From: a virus
Direction: 5' to 3' (one strand)
DNA: 64,000 nt
IMG/VR virus record: IMGVR_UViG_3300007619_000129
Location: 1-64,000 of that record
Of the stretch, positions 47,733 to 56,681 are shown piece after piece. Position 1 is the first letter of the stretch. Each line of letters begins with the position of its first letter. The notes below the pieces were generated by a model, which was not told the DNA's origin, did not search any database, and saw only the letters and a list, made by a program, of their open reading frames with translations. The translations under genes were made by a program, and so were the position numbers.

Positions 47733-49625
47733 TTAGATAGTATTCATGTCAAGAACAGTAACTGTTCCATAAAAATCGCTTCTTACCATCTTCTTACCAT
47801 ATCTCGTCATGACACCTTTGCGTGGCGTGAAATCTTCTGGTCCAAAGATTGTTGGGGTAACGATAAGTGGTACATATGGTGCATACACATATCCAGTTTC
47901 AAGATATGTTCCACCTTTGTATCCAAGTAGAACCTTATTTCGTGGGAAATATGGATCTTTATAGACCTGGAATCGTTGAGTTAGTGAACCAACTCTTTCG
48001 GCTCCGATTGAGAATGGAGTTGCTACTTGACCATTACCATCAAGGTTATAATTACTTCGGTATAGAGTGGTCTGTTCAAGGATTGTACAGACATCTGGTG
48101 AAGTTACAACAAAGTTGGCTGAACCACGAAGTGTTTTTCTGTGAATAGTGTTAGCAGCATCAATAATGGTCTCAACAAGAGTCTCGTACCATTCTCTAAC
48201 TGTACCAGTGAATGCTGGACCTGGATCAAGAGTGCTGGTTAGCTGTACTAGTGAACCATTTTCTTTGTTCACAAACTTACCCGGCGATCTACTCCAATAT
48301 AGGTTAGCTCCATTAGCTTCTGTTAGAAGATCATTAAGAATTTCTCTATCAATATCAACAGCAACCTGTTCAGATAGAATCTTAGTTAGCTCAACCTCAG
48401 CATCAAGACTGTGGAAAGCATTAAGATCCTGAGCAAGCTCTGGAGACCATCGAGCTCGTAGCTTTCGTGAAGTGGCTACAACGCTGATCTGTTCAATCTT
48501 AATGTCAATTTCAGGGATTGTTGGGGTTGGAGTCGCACCGAAGTCAGACTCAAAGCTTGGAATAACAAGAGTGTCACCATCAGTTCCACCAATATTATTC
48601 ACGTCAGACTTTACCATGCTTACGTGGATATTGTCTGAACCAATCTGTGGTACAGTTCCACCATTAGAAAGTCGTAGAACAAACTTAATGTGATCACCAC
48701 CAAGTGGGTCTGGTGTCCAAGTTGAACCGTCCCAATCTCCTCTCTCGTTTAGTCGACGAAGATTTAGAACTCCAGCACCAGCCTGATATTTCTCTCCCCA
48801 AGCAACAGCTCCCTGTACAGATGGAAGATCTGTAATGGTAATTTGCTTGACTTCCTGTAGATCGCCATTACTGATTTTGCTTGTAAGCTCAGCAGTACTG
48901 ATGAAAAGGAAAGTAAGATCAAGAACGTTGTCTTCAAGATCTCTCTGAATATCAGGGTCAAAGCCAGCCAAGCGAGCATTGGTACCTGTAAAGTCAGAGG
49001 AAGTATCAACAACTGAAGCTGATGTGAAGGCTTCGCTTGCGCCAGTGAAGGCACCAAGTCCAAGACCATCGCCAGCTACTGAACCAGTACCTACGGTTAG
49101 AGAACCGCTGTGTACTTTAGTATATCCAGTACCAACCAAGTCATATTGTCCACCTGTTGCAAGTGAACCTGAACGGACACCAGCACCAGCTGGATTGTTA
49201 TAAATTGACTGACCGGCTTGGTATGTATTGTCAGTAGCTGATGCTTCACCACCTACATTGTTACCATAAGTGTAATCAAGGTAGAAAAGTAATCCAGCTG
49301 GAAGACTCATTGGCTGAATTGACACAAGATCATTAGCCACTAGCCCACCGAATACTCGACGTACAATTGGGAACGCAACATTTGTAAAACCTCGGATATT
49401 GCCAGAAGATGTTAGGGCTCCTGCTCCGGTTGATAGGGATGAAGTCTCTCGAAGTAGCTCAGCAGCTTGGTTTTCAAGCAATCGAGCCATATTTTCTCGG
49501 TCATATCCCCCAAGATTTTTTAGTAGACCAGTTCTGGCCCATTTTTCAACAAGACGACGAGACTCCGCACCAACGTGCCGTTCTCTAATGTCTTCTGTTA
49601 ATTTCTCTAGTGAAAACTTACTCAT
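47733..49625 (-). CDS. Major capsid protein (T4 gp23 family)
   Basis: LLENQ, FPIVRRVF, VSIQPM..P.GL.FYL, RKLRARWSPELAQDL.A.H, IDREIL, GYVYAPYVPL, PRKGVMTRY. Confidence 0.97.
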   Translation of the reverse strand: MSKFSLEKLTEDIRERHVGAESRRLVEKWARTGLLKNLGGYDRENMARLLENQAAELLRETSSLSTGAGALTSSGNIRGFTNVAFPIVRRVFGGLVANDLVSIQPMSLPAGLLFYLDYTYGNNVGGEASATDNTYQAGQSIYNNPAGAGVRSGSLATGGQYDLVGTGYTKVHSGSLTVGTGSVAGDGLGLGAFTGASEAFTSASVVDTSSDFTGTNARLAGFDPDIQRDLEDNVLDLTFLFISTAELTSKISNGDLQEVKQITITDLPSVQGAVAWGEKYQAGAGVLNLRRLNERGDWDGSTWTPDPLGGDHIKFVLRLSNGGTVPQIGSDNIHVSMVKSDVNNIGGTDGDTLVIPSFESDFGATPTPTIPEIDIKIEQISVVATSRKLRARWSPELAQDLNAFHSLDAEVELTKILSEQVAVDIDREILNDLLTEANGANLYWSRSPGKFVNKENGSLVQLTSTLDPGPAFTGTVREWYETLVETIIDAANTIHRKTLRGSANFVVTSPDVCTILEQTTLYRSNYNLDGNGQVATPFSIGAERVGSLTQRFQVYKDPYFPRNKVLLGYKGGTYLETGYVYAPYVPLIVTPTIFGPEDFTPRKGVMTRYGKKMVRSDFYGTVTVLDMNTI

Positions 49626-49678
49626 TTGTTTCTCCTATTATTATTATATATTCTCCAAAAAGTTAAAAATGCATTGAT

Positions 49679-51823
49679 TTATGCATCAAAAGCGAGTTTT
49701 TGCCAGCGCTGTACTTCAGGACTGACTGACTCATTGAGTGTTTTTTCAGACGAAGCGCCTGATTTGGTTGGTTTAGATGAAGACCCTCGAACATTTCCTT
49801 CACGAAGCTTTTTCTTTCCCTTATTGCTAAGTGCTTCGGTAAGTGCCTTATAGATCTTTCGTACTTCCTTCAACGACTCAGCTCCATCGATTGCATCAAT
49901 AACTTTCATGCGCATTTTCGGAGTAAGACTCTCGTTCTGGAGTAATTTGTTAGCGTGAACAATTTTTTCATTGAAAAGAGATTGCTCTGCTAGTTCTTTT
50001 CGTAGCTTGGCAGTATATTTTTTAAATTTGCCAATTGTTTCTTTAAGTTCACGATTCATGCGTGCACTTTCTTTTAATTTCTTTGTAAGGTTTTCTGTAG
50101 TAACATCAGCGTCAGATGTATCTCTAAAGGGTTCTTTCCAAACGTCTCCGCCACCATACTGGTCAGCTTTTGGATCGGTCATCTTGTCACTAACGTCATA
50201 AGCCTCATTTTTGGCTTTTCCTTTCATTCTCTTAAGTTCTCTTCGTAGAGCAGCTTCAGAAATCTCATAAACTTCACCTTCGCTAAGACCATCTTCTGAT
50301 TCCTTAACTTCCTCCCCGTCCATTTCCTCGTCTTCCATTTCGTCAAGTTCGTCAAGCTCGTCAAGCTCAGATAGTTCTTCTGATTCAGAAACTTCCTCTG
50401 ATTCGCTTGTATTTTCAGCTTCAGACATTTCGTCCTCTGATTCGGCCATTGATTCTAATTCTGCTACAATTTCATTAACATCCATTTCTTCTTCTCCGTC
50501 TTCATCATCAAGATCAAGATCAAGTTCTCCGCCTTCACTACCACCTTCAAGATCTTCACCGGCGTCGGCATCTTCGGCAGCAGCTTGGACGTCTACATTT
50601 ATTCCAGAAACATCAAGTCCTTCCTCGTCATCTCCTGGTAAATCAACTTGAAGTTCAGCATCCATTTCTCCATAAAGTCCTTCAACTTCTGGTTCACCTT
50701 CGTCTGTGTCTAAGTCTAAATCTAATTCTTCTCCGCCCATCTCGTCTCCCATTGGCTCGTCCATTGGATCTTCCATTGGAAGTTCCATTGGAAGTTCTTC
50801 TCCACTCATCCCCATCCCATCATCAACTGCTGGCTTAACTTCAACGTCAAGCTCTCCCAAATCTGTTTCGTCTGGAAGTCCCTTGAGTAGCAGGGTAAAG
50901 TCAGCTTCGCTTAATATATTTCTTGCCATTTTGTGTAGCTCCCTGTATAAGTTACTTATGTTGTTACAAACCCTTTTTACGTCTTGTGTTTCATTAATTT
51001 TTGATAATGACTTGGTAAATTTGAACAATTTCACTGATTCTCCAAGCATTCTTCCCAATGTTAAGGAAAGCTCTTTTGAAGATTCTTTTACCAAATTATC
51101 GCCTGATGCTTTGATTAGACGATTTATACCAATAGTTCTTTTCCCCAAATTAACGAAACCCTCTTCAATAACAGAAAGTCTCGCCGGTACATATAATTTG
51201 TTAATTTCTCTATAAATTGACTCAAGTTTTTTCTCTACAATTTCACAAGTTTCAGAAGAAATTTTATCTTCACCCTTTGATTCTTGTAGTTTTTTATACA
51301 ACTTTTCAGTTTCAACCTTAAATTGTCTTATTTTTTCTGAATATTTTACACTTTCTGAAATCAAACCTTTGTTTTTCTTAATTTTTGACAATTTATCAGA
51401 AAGCTCTAATACTCTTATTCCATAATAATCTGCTTCTGAATTAGCAATATCAACCAATGCCCTTAAGGATTCTGTCGTAAGCTCAACTGTTTCACCAGTA
51501 TCTTTAGTTACATTTACAACGGGACTATCAGCACGGACATCATCAACATCTAAAGTAACTTTTCCACTAGAGTCAGGAACATTCATTGGTAATGGTGGAC
51601 CGTCCCCTGAAAGAGTGTTCAACGCATCAATATCAGACATAACATCCTGCAATACATTTTTTTCATCCTCTTCTGAATCAGACGATTCTTCCATAAGAGT
51701 TTGTTCAATTAACCTCTTTACAGTAGGCGTAATTGACTTAATAATTGCATTTTTAGCATTGTTTGTTGCTACTTCTCTAAGTTGTTTGGCTTCTGCTAGC
51801 GCTTCCTTATGCAATAATGACAA
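49679..51823 (-). CDS. Prohead scaffold / core protein (gp22-like)
   Basis: EALAEAKQLREVA..NAK N-terminus, very acidic middle, LFNEK...NKL and C-terminal RWQKLA; immediately upstream of MCP. Confidence 0.85.
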   Translation of the reverse strand: MSLLHKEALAEAKQLREVATNNAKNAIIKSITPTVKRLIEQTLMEESSDSEEDEKNVLQDVMSDIDALNTLSGDGPPLPMNVPDSSGKVTLDVDDVRADSPVVNVTKDTGETVELTTESLRALVDIANSEADYYGIRVLELSDKLSKIKKNKGLISESVKYSEKIRQFKVETEKLYKKLQESKGEDKISSETCEIVEKKLESIYREINKLYVPARLSVIEEGFVNLGKRTIGINRLIKASGDNLVKESSKELSLTLGRMLGESVKLFKFTKSLSKINETQDVKRVCNNISNLYRELHKMARNILSEADFTLLLKGLPDETDLGELDVEVKPAVDDGMGMSGEELPMELPMEDPMDEPMGDEMGGEELDLDLDTDEGEPEVEGLYGEMDAELQVDLPGDDEEGLDVSGINVDVQAAAEDADAGEDLEGGSEGGELDLDLDDEDGEEEMDVNEIVAELESMAESEDEMSEAENTSESEEVSESEELSELDELDELDEMEDEEMDGEEVKESEDGLSEGEVYEISEAALRRELKRMKGKAKNEAYDVSDKMTDPKADQYGGGDVWKEPFRDTSDADVTTENLTKKLKESARMNRELKETIGKFKKYTAKLRKELAEQSLFNEKIVHANKLLQNESLTPKMRMKVIDAIDGAESLKEVRKIYKALTEALSNKGKKKLREGNVRGSSSKPTKSGASSEKTLNESVSPEVQRWQKLAFDA
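50340..50800. repeat. Short coding tandem repeats in the scaffold gene
   Basis: 9-bp unit (LDE repeats) near 50340-50368 and 12-bp TTCCATTGGAAG x2 (ELPM) near 50771-50797. Confidence 0.7.
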
Positions 51824-51884
51824 CTTAAATCTCCCTTATTCCTTACGAATAACTATTTCCCTAAAACTAAAAAAACTAACCACA

Positions 51885-52094
51885 TCATTTAGTGAATGTT
51901 TTTATTGAAAACGACGTATTGTCTTGTGTAGTAAAATCTTCTAATTCTTCTTCAGTCCATATGTAATCCCATGGTTTGCAACAAAATAAATCTTCTTTCT
52001 GTTCATTACTTTTTTTAGATAAATGTTTTTTGAGAAAGGACTCAAGCCTTTCTTCTCTAACTATTTTTCTTAATTTTACTGGACTTAATTTCAC
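51885..52094 (-). CDS. Small hypothetical protein, possibly head-packaged
   Basis: MKLSPVKLRKIVREE; late motif upstream. Confidence 0.6.
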   Translation of the reverse strand: MKLSPVKLRKIVREERLESFLKKHLSKKSNEQKEDLFCCKPWDYIWTEEELEDFTTQDNTSFSIKTFTK

Positions 52095-52146
52095 AAACGA
52101 CCTTTCTTTTTATAAATAGCGCCGTAAAAATCAAAACATTAATAAA

Positions 52147-52560
52147 TTATAAAACTAAAGAAGCATCATGTACTCTCATTTTTACCTTTATTGTAATTGA
52201 TACATCCTCTAACTCATAGAGATTACCAAAATCTACTTCATATAAATCAACAATCATTTCCCACTTTTCAAGAACATCTCCATTTTCTGATAATAATCTT
52301 ATTGATGCCTTTCTTTTTTTATTAGTTTTAATAATTTCAATAACCTGTTTCGAACCACTAGGATCCACTGAGTCATACATCACAAAGCAAATATCACAAA
52401 TTTCCCAATTTCCATTATTTTGTTTTATAAATCTTGGTCGAGATGTCCTACAAATTAAGTCTGAATCAATACCGTCAACAGAAAGAGTCCACCTAAAAGC
52501 TTTTTTAAGTTCATATTTTTTTTCAATTTCTTTTTCTTCCATTTCAAAAATACATATCAA
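52147..52560 (-). CDS. Truncated tail-tube paralog
   Basis: Aligns with 31466-31954: YExK..RW...GID......RP, MYD...PSG..Q, KR....LL...G.V.E.W. Confidence 0.75.
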   Translation of the reverse strand: MICIFEMEEKEIEKKYELKKAFRWTLSVDGIDSDLICRTSRPRFIKQNNGNWEICDICFVMYDSVDPSGSKQVIEIIKTNKKRKASIRLLSENGDVLEKWEMIVDLYEVDFGNLYELEDVSITIKVKMRVHDASLVL

Positions 52561-52563
52561 AAA

Positions 52564-53208
52564 TTATTTTCTTATTTCTTTATTTATCCTGGACTTTATA
52601 ATCTTTGAAAGTTCAGATTCTGTTATCTTAATTTTTGCTTCTTGAAAGTCAAAATATTGAACTGGGTTATCCAAATCATCTTCATCAACATCACCTTCGT
52701 ATGAATCCCACTGATCTTCGTCTCTTACCATTACAGACTTCAAAGTATAAGCAGGCTTTCTTCTTTTTGGTCTAACCGGATATTTTGGTGGTGTTGCTCC
52801 GGGCCAGGCATCATGACCCAAGCTATCGGGCTCAGAGGAAGCGCTACGCAATCTAAAAATATCTTCCAGTACAAGACCTACTATTTTTTTATAAGTCTCT
52901 GAAACGCCTCTGGTGCTCCCGTCAACGTAATGAAAGCGATCCCTAACCCACATACCGGCAGGATCGGAAGGAATTTTGGCATTTCCTACTTTATTTGAAA
53001 ATTTATTGATGCCATCCAAACCATCAAGTCCCAATTCTTCCGGATCCCAATCGTATGCCTCTTCCTCTGGTGGTTCCCACCCATATGGAAAATCATCATG
53101 AGCTTTACCTAATTTGTCATGTCTTGTTTTTGTTGTTCCATAGCCATGTCCAGTATCGTCATCTGGATTAAGCATATGAAAAAGATGTTCTTCAATTAGG
53201 GCTTTCAC
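52564..53208 (-). CDS. Hypothetical head-module protein
   Basis: DTGHGYG; C-terminal KITESELSKII; late motif upstream. Confidence 0.7.
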   Translation of the reverse strand: MKALIEEHLFHMLNPDDDTGHGYGTTKTRHDKLGKAHDDFPYGWEPPEEEAYDWDPEELGLDGLDGINKFSNKVGNAKIPSDPAGMWVRDRFHYVDGSTRGVSETYKKIVGLVLEDIFRLRSASSEPDSLGHDAWPGATPPKYPVRPKRRKPAYTLKSVMVRDEDQWDSYEGDVDEDDLDNPVQYFDFQEAKIKITESELSKIIKSRINKEIRK

Positions 53209-53349
53209 TATTTGTAATTATGGCTCTTTTTTTATTTCCATTGATAATAAACAGAATTTTAACACCCCAAGATTCATTTACCTCTGTTACATCAATGTCT
53301 ATAATTTTTATTTCACGATTGAACTTTTCTAAAGTATATTCTTGCATTC

Positions 53350-53390
53350 AAAAAAAAAGACAGCATATTTTTACTAATACTGCCTTTTCA
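53350..53390 (-). terminator. Probable intrinsic terminator
   Basis: Minus strand GGCAGTAT...ATGCTGTC stem (with G-U pairs) followed by T9. Confidence 0.55.
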
Positions 53391-53429
53391 ACCCCGTCTT
53401 TTGGGCTATCTGATACGCAAACTCACTTA

Positions 53430-53816
53430 TTATACTGGAGAAGAAGATCCCTTAATAAGTTCTCCAATTTTTTGTCTTGAAATTCTTTCCGCCCCTTCCT
53501 TGGGATCATCTGTTGAGCCCGCTCCAGATGGTTCATATTCTGGCTTTGGCTCCACCTGATCTTCTGGGTTGTCTGAACCAGGACCTGGAGAGCTTGTATT
53601 TGGATACATGTCCCCTAACTCAAGGCTAGGTGATTCATTATAATCTAAATCCACAGGCCCAGTCTGATCATTTTCTGTAACAACACCATCTACCAAAATA
53701 CTTGAATCTGGCTCATAATCCTCAGTTGGACTAGCAGGATACATAGCTACCATTCGAGCCGTATCTGATCTACCCAATCCTCTTTGAGTTTTTTTTACTC
53801 TCTTATTAAGTGCCAT
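53430..53816 (-). CDS. Hypothetical Pro/Gly/acidic head-module protein
   Basis: 128 aa, YPNTSSPGPGS motif. Confidence 0.7.
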   Translation of the reverse strand: MALNKRVKKTQRGLGRSDTARMVAMYPASPTEDYEPDSSILVDGVVTENDQTGPVDLDYNESPSLELGDMYPNTSSPGPGSDNPEDQVEPKPEYEPSGAGSTDDPKEGAERISRQKIGELIKGSSSPV

Positions 53817-53824
53817 TTATTTAT

Positions 53825-54211
53825 TTATTTCCCTTGCTTTTTTGGTGTTTTTGGCTTTGGATCATTATTAAGTTTGCGTGTAGTCGAAACCTCTGAAATC
53901 AATTTCCGTAAATGTACTCTTTTATTACGTGCTTCTGCCATTTTTACAGCATATGATTTCATTTTCTTTTCAAAAGCCTTTTCTTCAGCCATTAACTTTT
54001 CATCAACTTTCTTTGCAGCTTCTTTTACCTTAGCAGCCTTTTCCCAATCAACACTTTGCTCAAGAGTTTCAGCATATTCATCAGCTTCTACCTCTTTAGT
54101 TTTATTAGTTTCTGCATTAATCTCTTTTTCATATTGCTTAACGTGTTCATAAATCTTTTTTTCTAGTTGTTTAACAGAAAGTTTCATTTTTAAAATTCTC
54201 CTTGCCTCCAA
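53825..54211 (-). CDS. Hypothetical prohead core-like protein (likely start MKLSVKQL)
   Basis: Charged coiled coil; EVEADEYAETLE. Confidence 0.7.
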   Translation of the reverse strand: MEARRILKMKLSVKQLEKKIYEHVKQYEKEINAETNKTKEVEADEYAETLEQSVDWEKAAKVKEAAKKVDEKLMAEEKAFEKKMKSYAVKMAEARNKRVHLRKLISEVSTTRKLNNDPKPKTPKKQGK

Positions 54212-54246
54212 TTGGCATAATCTAAAGTTAAGTATGTTTGTATTTG

Positions 54247-54771
54247 TTATTGTTCATCAAAAAAAGCAACAGTAGCCCAATGACTATCACCATCTATATC
54301 TGCACCCGAACCAATTGAGGCAACTCCTGCTGAATTCATTAAATTACTTTGGGGAATTGGGGCATTTCCATAAGCACCACCATACCCATCAAAACCTTCT
54401 TGTACATAACCCCCTTCACCTCCACCAGGGACTGAAAGCATCTCCATTGGTCTTGCACTCATTTCTCCCTTAGAGTTTTGATCTTCCATTGTTGATTTTG
54501 CTGAAAGTATCATCTCAGTCATTGTTGGTGGACTAATATGATTATGTTGCCTATGAATCGGCTGTCTACCTGCTATATTGGGATTTTTTACATTTCCCTT
54601 TTGCATTAGTGAGTTTAAAGATCTTTTATTGTTTCTTACCATTTGTTGAGTGGAACCTTTATTAATAGCAGAAGACATCATTTTCCTTTGGTTTGTCTCG
54701 CTTAAAAGAACTTCTCCAAAAATTTCAAGAAGACATTCTTTCACTATTGCTTTAAATTCTGATCTTTTCAT
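54247..54771 (-). CDS. Hypothetical head-module protein
   Basis: MKRSEFKAIVKECLLEI; C-terminal WATVAF resembling the scaffold end WQKLAF. Confidence 0.7.
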   Translation of the reverse strand: MKRSEFKAIVKECLLEIFGEVLLSETNQRKMMSSAINKGSTQQMVRNNKRSLNSLMQKGNVKNPNIAGRQPIHRQHNHISPPTMTEMILSAKSTMEDQNSKGEMSARPMEMLSVPGGGEGGYVQEGFDGYGGAYGNAPIPQSNLMNSAGVASIGSGADIDGDSHWATVAFFDEQ

Positions 54772-54776
54772 AAAAA

Positions 54777-55193
54777 TTATCCAATATTTGGAACAAATTG
54801 ATAATTTGAACCAGTTGTTCCCTGTAAAGAAGTAGAACCACTAATGTCAGGAAATGCATTTCTACTAATATTAGTTAATCCAGCAAGAAAATCAAATGTC
54901 GTTGAACCGTCCTCTGGCAATAAGTAAACATCTCTAACTCTCAAGTCAAAATCCATAATAGTACCAGTTGGAACAGTCATAAAATTACTTCCTGTCACAC
55001 CATTAAGGGTAAACCCAACCCTAAGATCTGAAGCCCCTAAATTTCTAACTGAAAAATATTTGCAAATATGACTCAACTCCATTTTTTTAGTTTCATTAAG
55101 AGAAATTGAAACAGAACCAGTTACCCACGGAACTCCTGGCACATGATATGCCGTGAACCAATTCATTCCACTATTTGGCCATTGTAAAGTCAT
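54777..55193 (-). CDS. Putative structural (decoration-type beta) protein
   Basis: AYHVPGVPWVTGS...LRVGF...AGLT; in head module. Confidence 0.55.
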   Translation of the reverse strand: MTLQWPNSGMNWFTAYHVPGVPWVTGSVSISLNETKKMELSHICKYFSVRNLGASDLRVGFTLNGVTGSNFMTVPTGTIMDFDLRVRDVYLLPEDGSTTFDFLAGLTNISRNAFPDISGSTSLQGTTGSNYQFVPNIG

Positions 55194-55196
55194 ATA

Positions 55197-55853
55197 TTAT
55201 TTCCCCCACGATAGAATGTCATTTGCAATTCTATCTATTCTGTCAGATTTTGTAAAAACTTTGTTAAGATATTCATCAATGCCTTCTGTCAAATAAACAA
55301 AAGCACCTGGAGTAGAAGGTTCAGAAACAACATCCCAACAAACAAGTTGAAAGTCTTCCTGAACAACCTGATATCCGTTTGAGTCAGATTGTGTTGAACC
55401 AACCCCCCTTGAAGATATTCCTACAGTTATATTTTGTTTAATAAGTCCTTTTAACTCTTTACCGTTTGTAGTATGATTTAAAATCTCTAAACGTCCCCTA
55501 ATAATACCTTTGTTGTCCATCTCTGCCTCAACAATAACATGAGAAGCAGTTTTCAATTCAATTATTGAGTTGTCAGTATGGTCTAGTGCACCAAGTGCCC
55601 TTCTTTCTCTTATTAATTTTTGATAATTTCTTAGTTCTTTCTCCAGAATATCTCTTGGATAAATTCTTCCATTTTGATTTAGGGTATCTGCTCTTTGTAA
55701 AATTCCCTCTAGAAACATTACCTCTTCACCGTTCACCTGTTCCACAATTACTTTTTTGTCCTCTAAAGTACATCCCTCAATCAAAACACCTCTCTCTATT
55801 GGAGCAAAAGAAAGGTTAGACGAAACTGTATTAATTGTCTTTATTAACGACAT
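55197..55853 (-). CDS. Prohead maturation protease (gp21 family)
   Basis: NQNGRIYP, GALDH, ASH, GISSRGVGS, WDVVSEPSTPGA. Confidence 0.95.
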   Translation of the reverse strand: MSLIKTINTVSSNLSFAPIERGVLIEGCTLEDKKVIVEQVNGEEVMFLEGILQRADTLNQNGRIYPRDILEKELRNYQKLIRERRALGALDHTDNSIIELKTASHVIVEAEMDNKGIIRGRLEILNHTTNGKELKGLIKQNITVGISSRGVGSTQSDSNGYQVVQEDFQLVCWDVVSEPSTPGAFVYLTEGIDEYLNKVFTKSDRIDRIANDILSWGK

Positions 55854-56677
55854 TCAATTTCCTCCCTTAGTTTAGATATGTCTAAAAACCTATCTACAAC
55901 CTCATCATTTACAATATCAGTATTTACTTCCATAATTTTTTCTTTTACTTGACTTAATTTTTTAACAAGGTACTTATCCGTTCCTTCGCTTAATAAATAC
56001 CTATCTAAACCTTCAAGAATAGAATCTTTAAGTGATTTAATGTGTTTTTTTACCTTTTCATGATTTTCTTCAAAAACATAAGACCTAATCAAGTCTTGAG
56101 ATTCTTCATTTAGAGTGCCGTATCTCTCATTTATTTTTTTTGTCATTAACTTTACGACTAAAGCATCAGAGGTAGTATCAATATGTTCTCTAATGTTTTC
56201 CCTCTTCTTTTCAGCCATTAGTTTCTTTTTAAGTTTATCCTCATACTTCGCCAATACTGCTAAGTCTGAACCTTCTCCATTTCTCCACTCATTCAAAAGT
56301 GTCTGAACCGTAGCATAATCTGTATAATCCTCTACTATTTGATTATAAAAATTTGGATCGTTCAATTCATGATTAATACTTCTTATCAATAAAGACTTTT
56401 CATAATCAAGCTTTTTTTTATCGTAATTTCGTGCAGCACTCTTTGCTTCAGTCAATATACTATTTGCTACCGATTCCGAACTTACTGTAGTAGAAACTAA
56501 AGCATTAAAAAGTCTAAATTCTTTATATAATTCAGTACCCTTTTTAAAGTGTTCCTTTACAATATTAAAAGACTTAAGTCTCTTTTCTTCATCTTTCTCT
56601 ACGATAGCATTGGCAATACACCTAGCAAGCCATTCATATAGTAGCCCAGTATTTCTTTTTTTGTTGTGTTTGGCCAT
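55844..56677 (-). CDS. Conserved head-assembly hypothetical protein
   Basis: KHNKKRNTGLLYE N-terminus; located between portal and protease. Confidence 0.7.
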   Translation of the reverse strand: MAKHNKKRNTGLLYEWLARCIANAIVEKDEEKRLKSFNIVKEHFKKGTELYKEFRLFNALVSTTVSSESVANSILTEAKSAARNYDKKKLDYEKSLLIRSINHELNDPNFYNQIVEDYTDYATVQTLLNEWRNGEGSDLAVLAKYEDKLKKKLMAEKKRENIREHIDTTSDALVVKLMTKKINERYGTLNEESQDLIRSYVFEENHEKVKKHIKSLKDSILEGLDRYLLSEGTDKYLVKKLSQVKEKIMEVNTDIVNDEVVDRFLDISKLREEIECR

Positions 56678-56681
56678 CGTT

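Noticed and set aside
53220-53480. Plus-strand 86-aa ORF
   Set aside because: It runs through a terminator hairpin, overlaps a minus-strand gene, and has no RBS or motif
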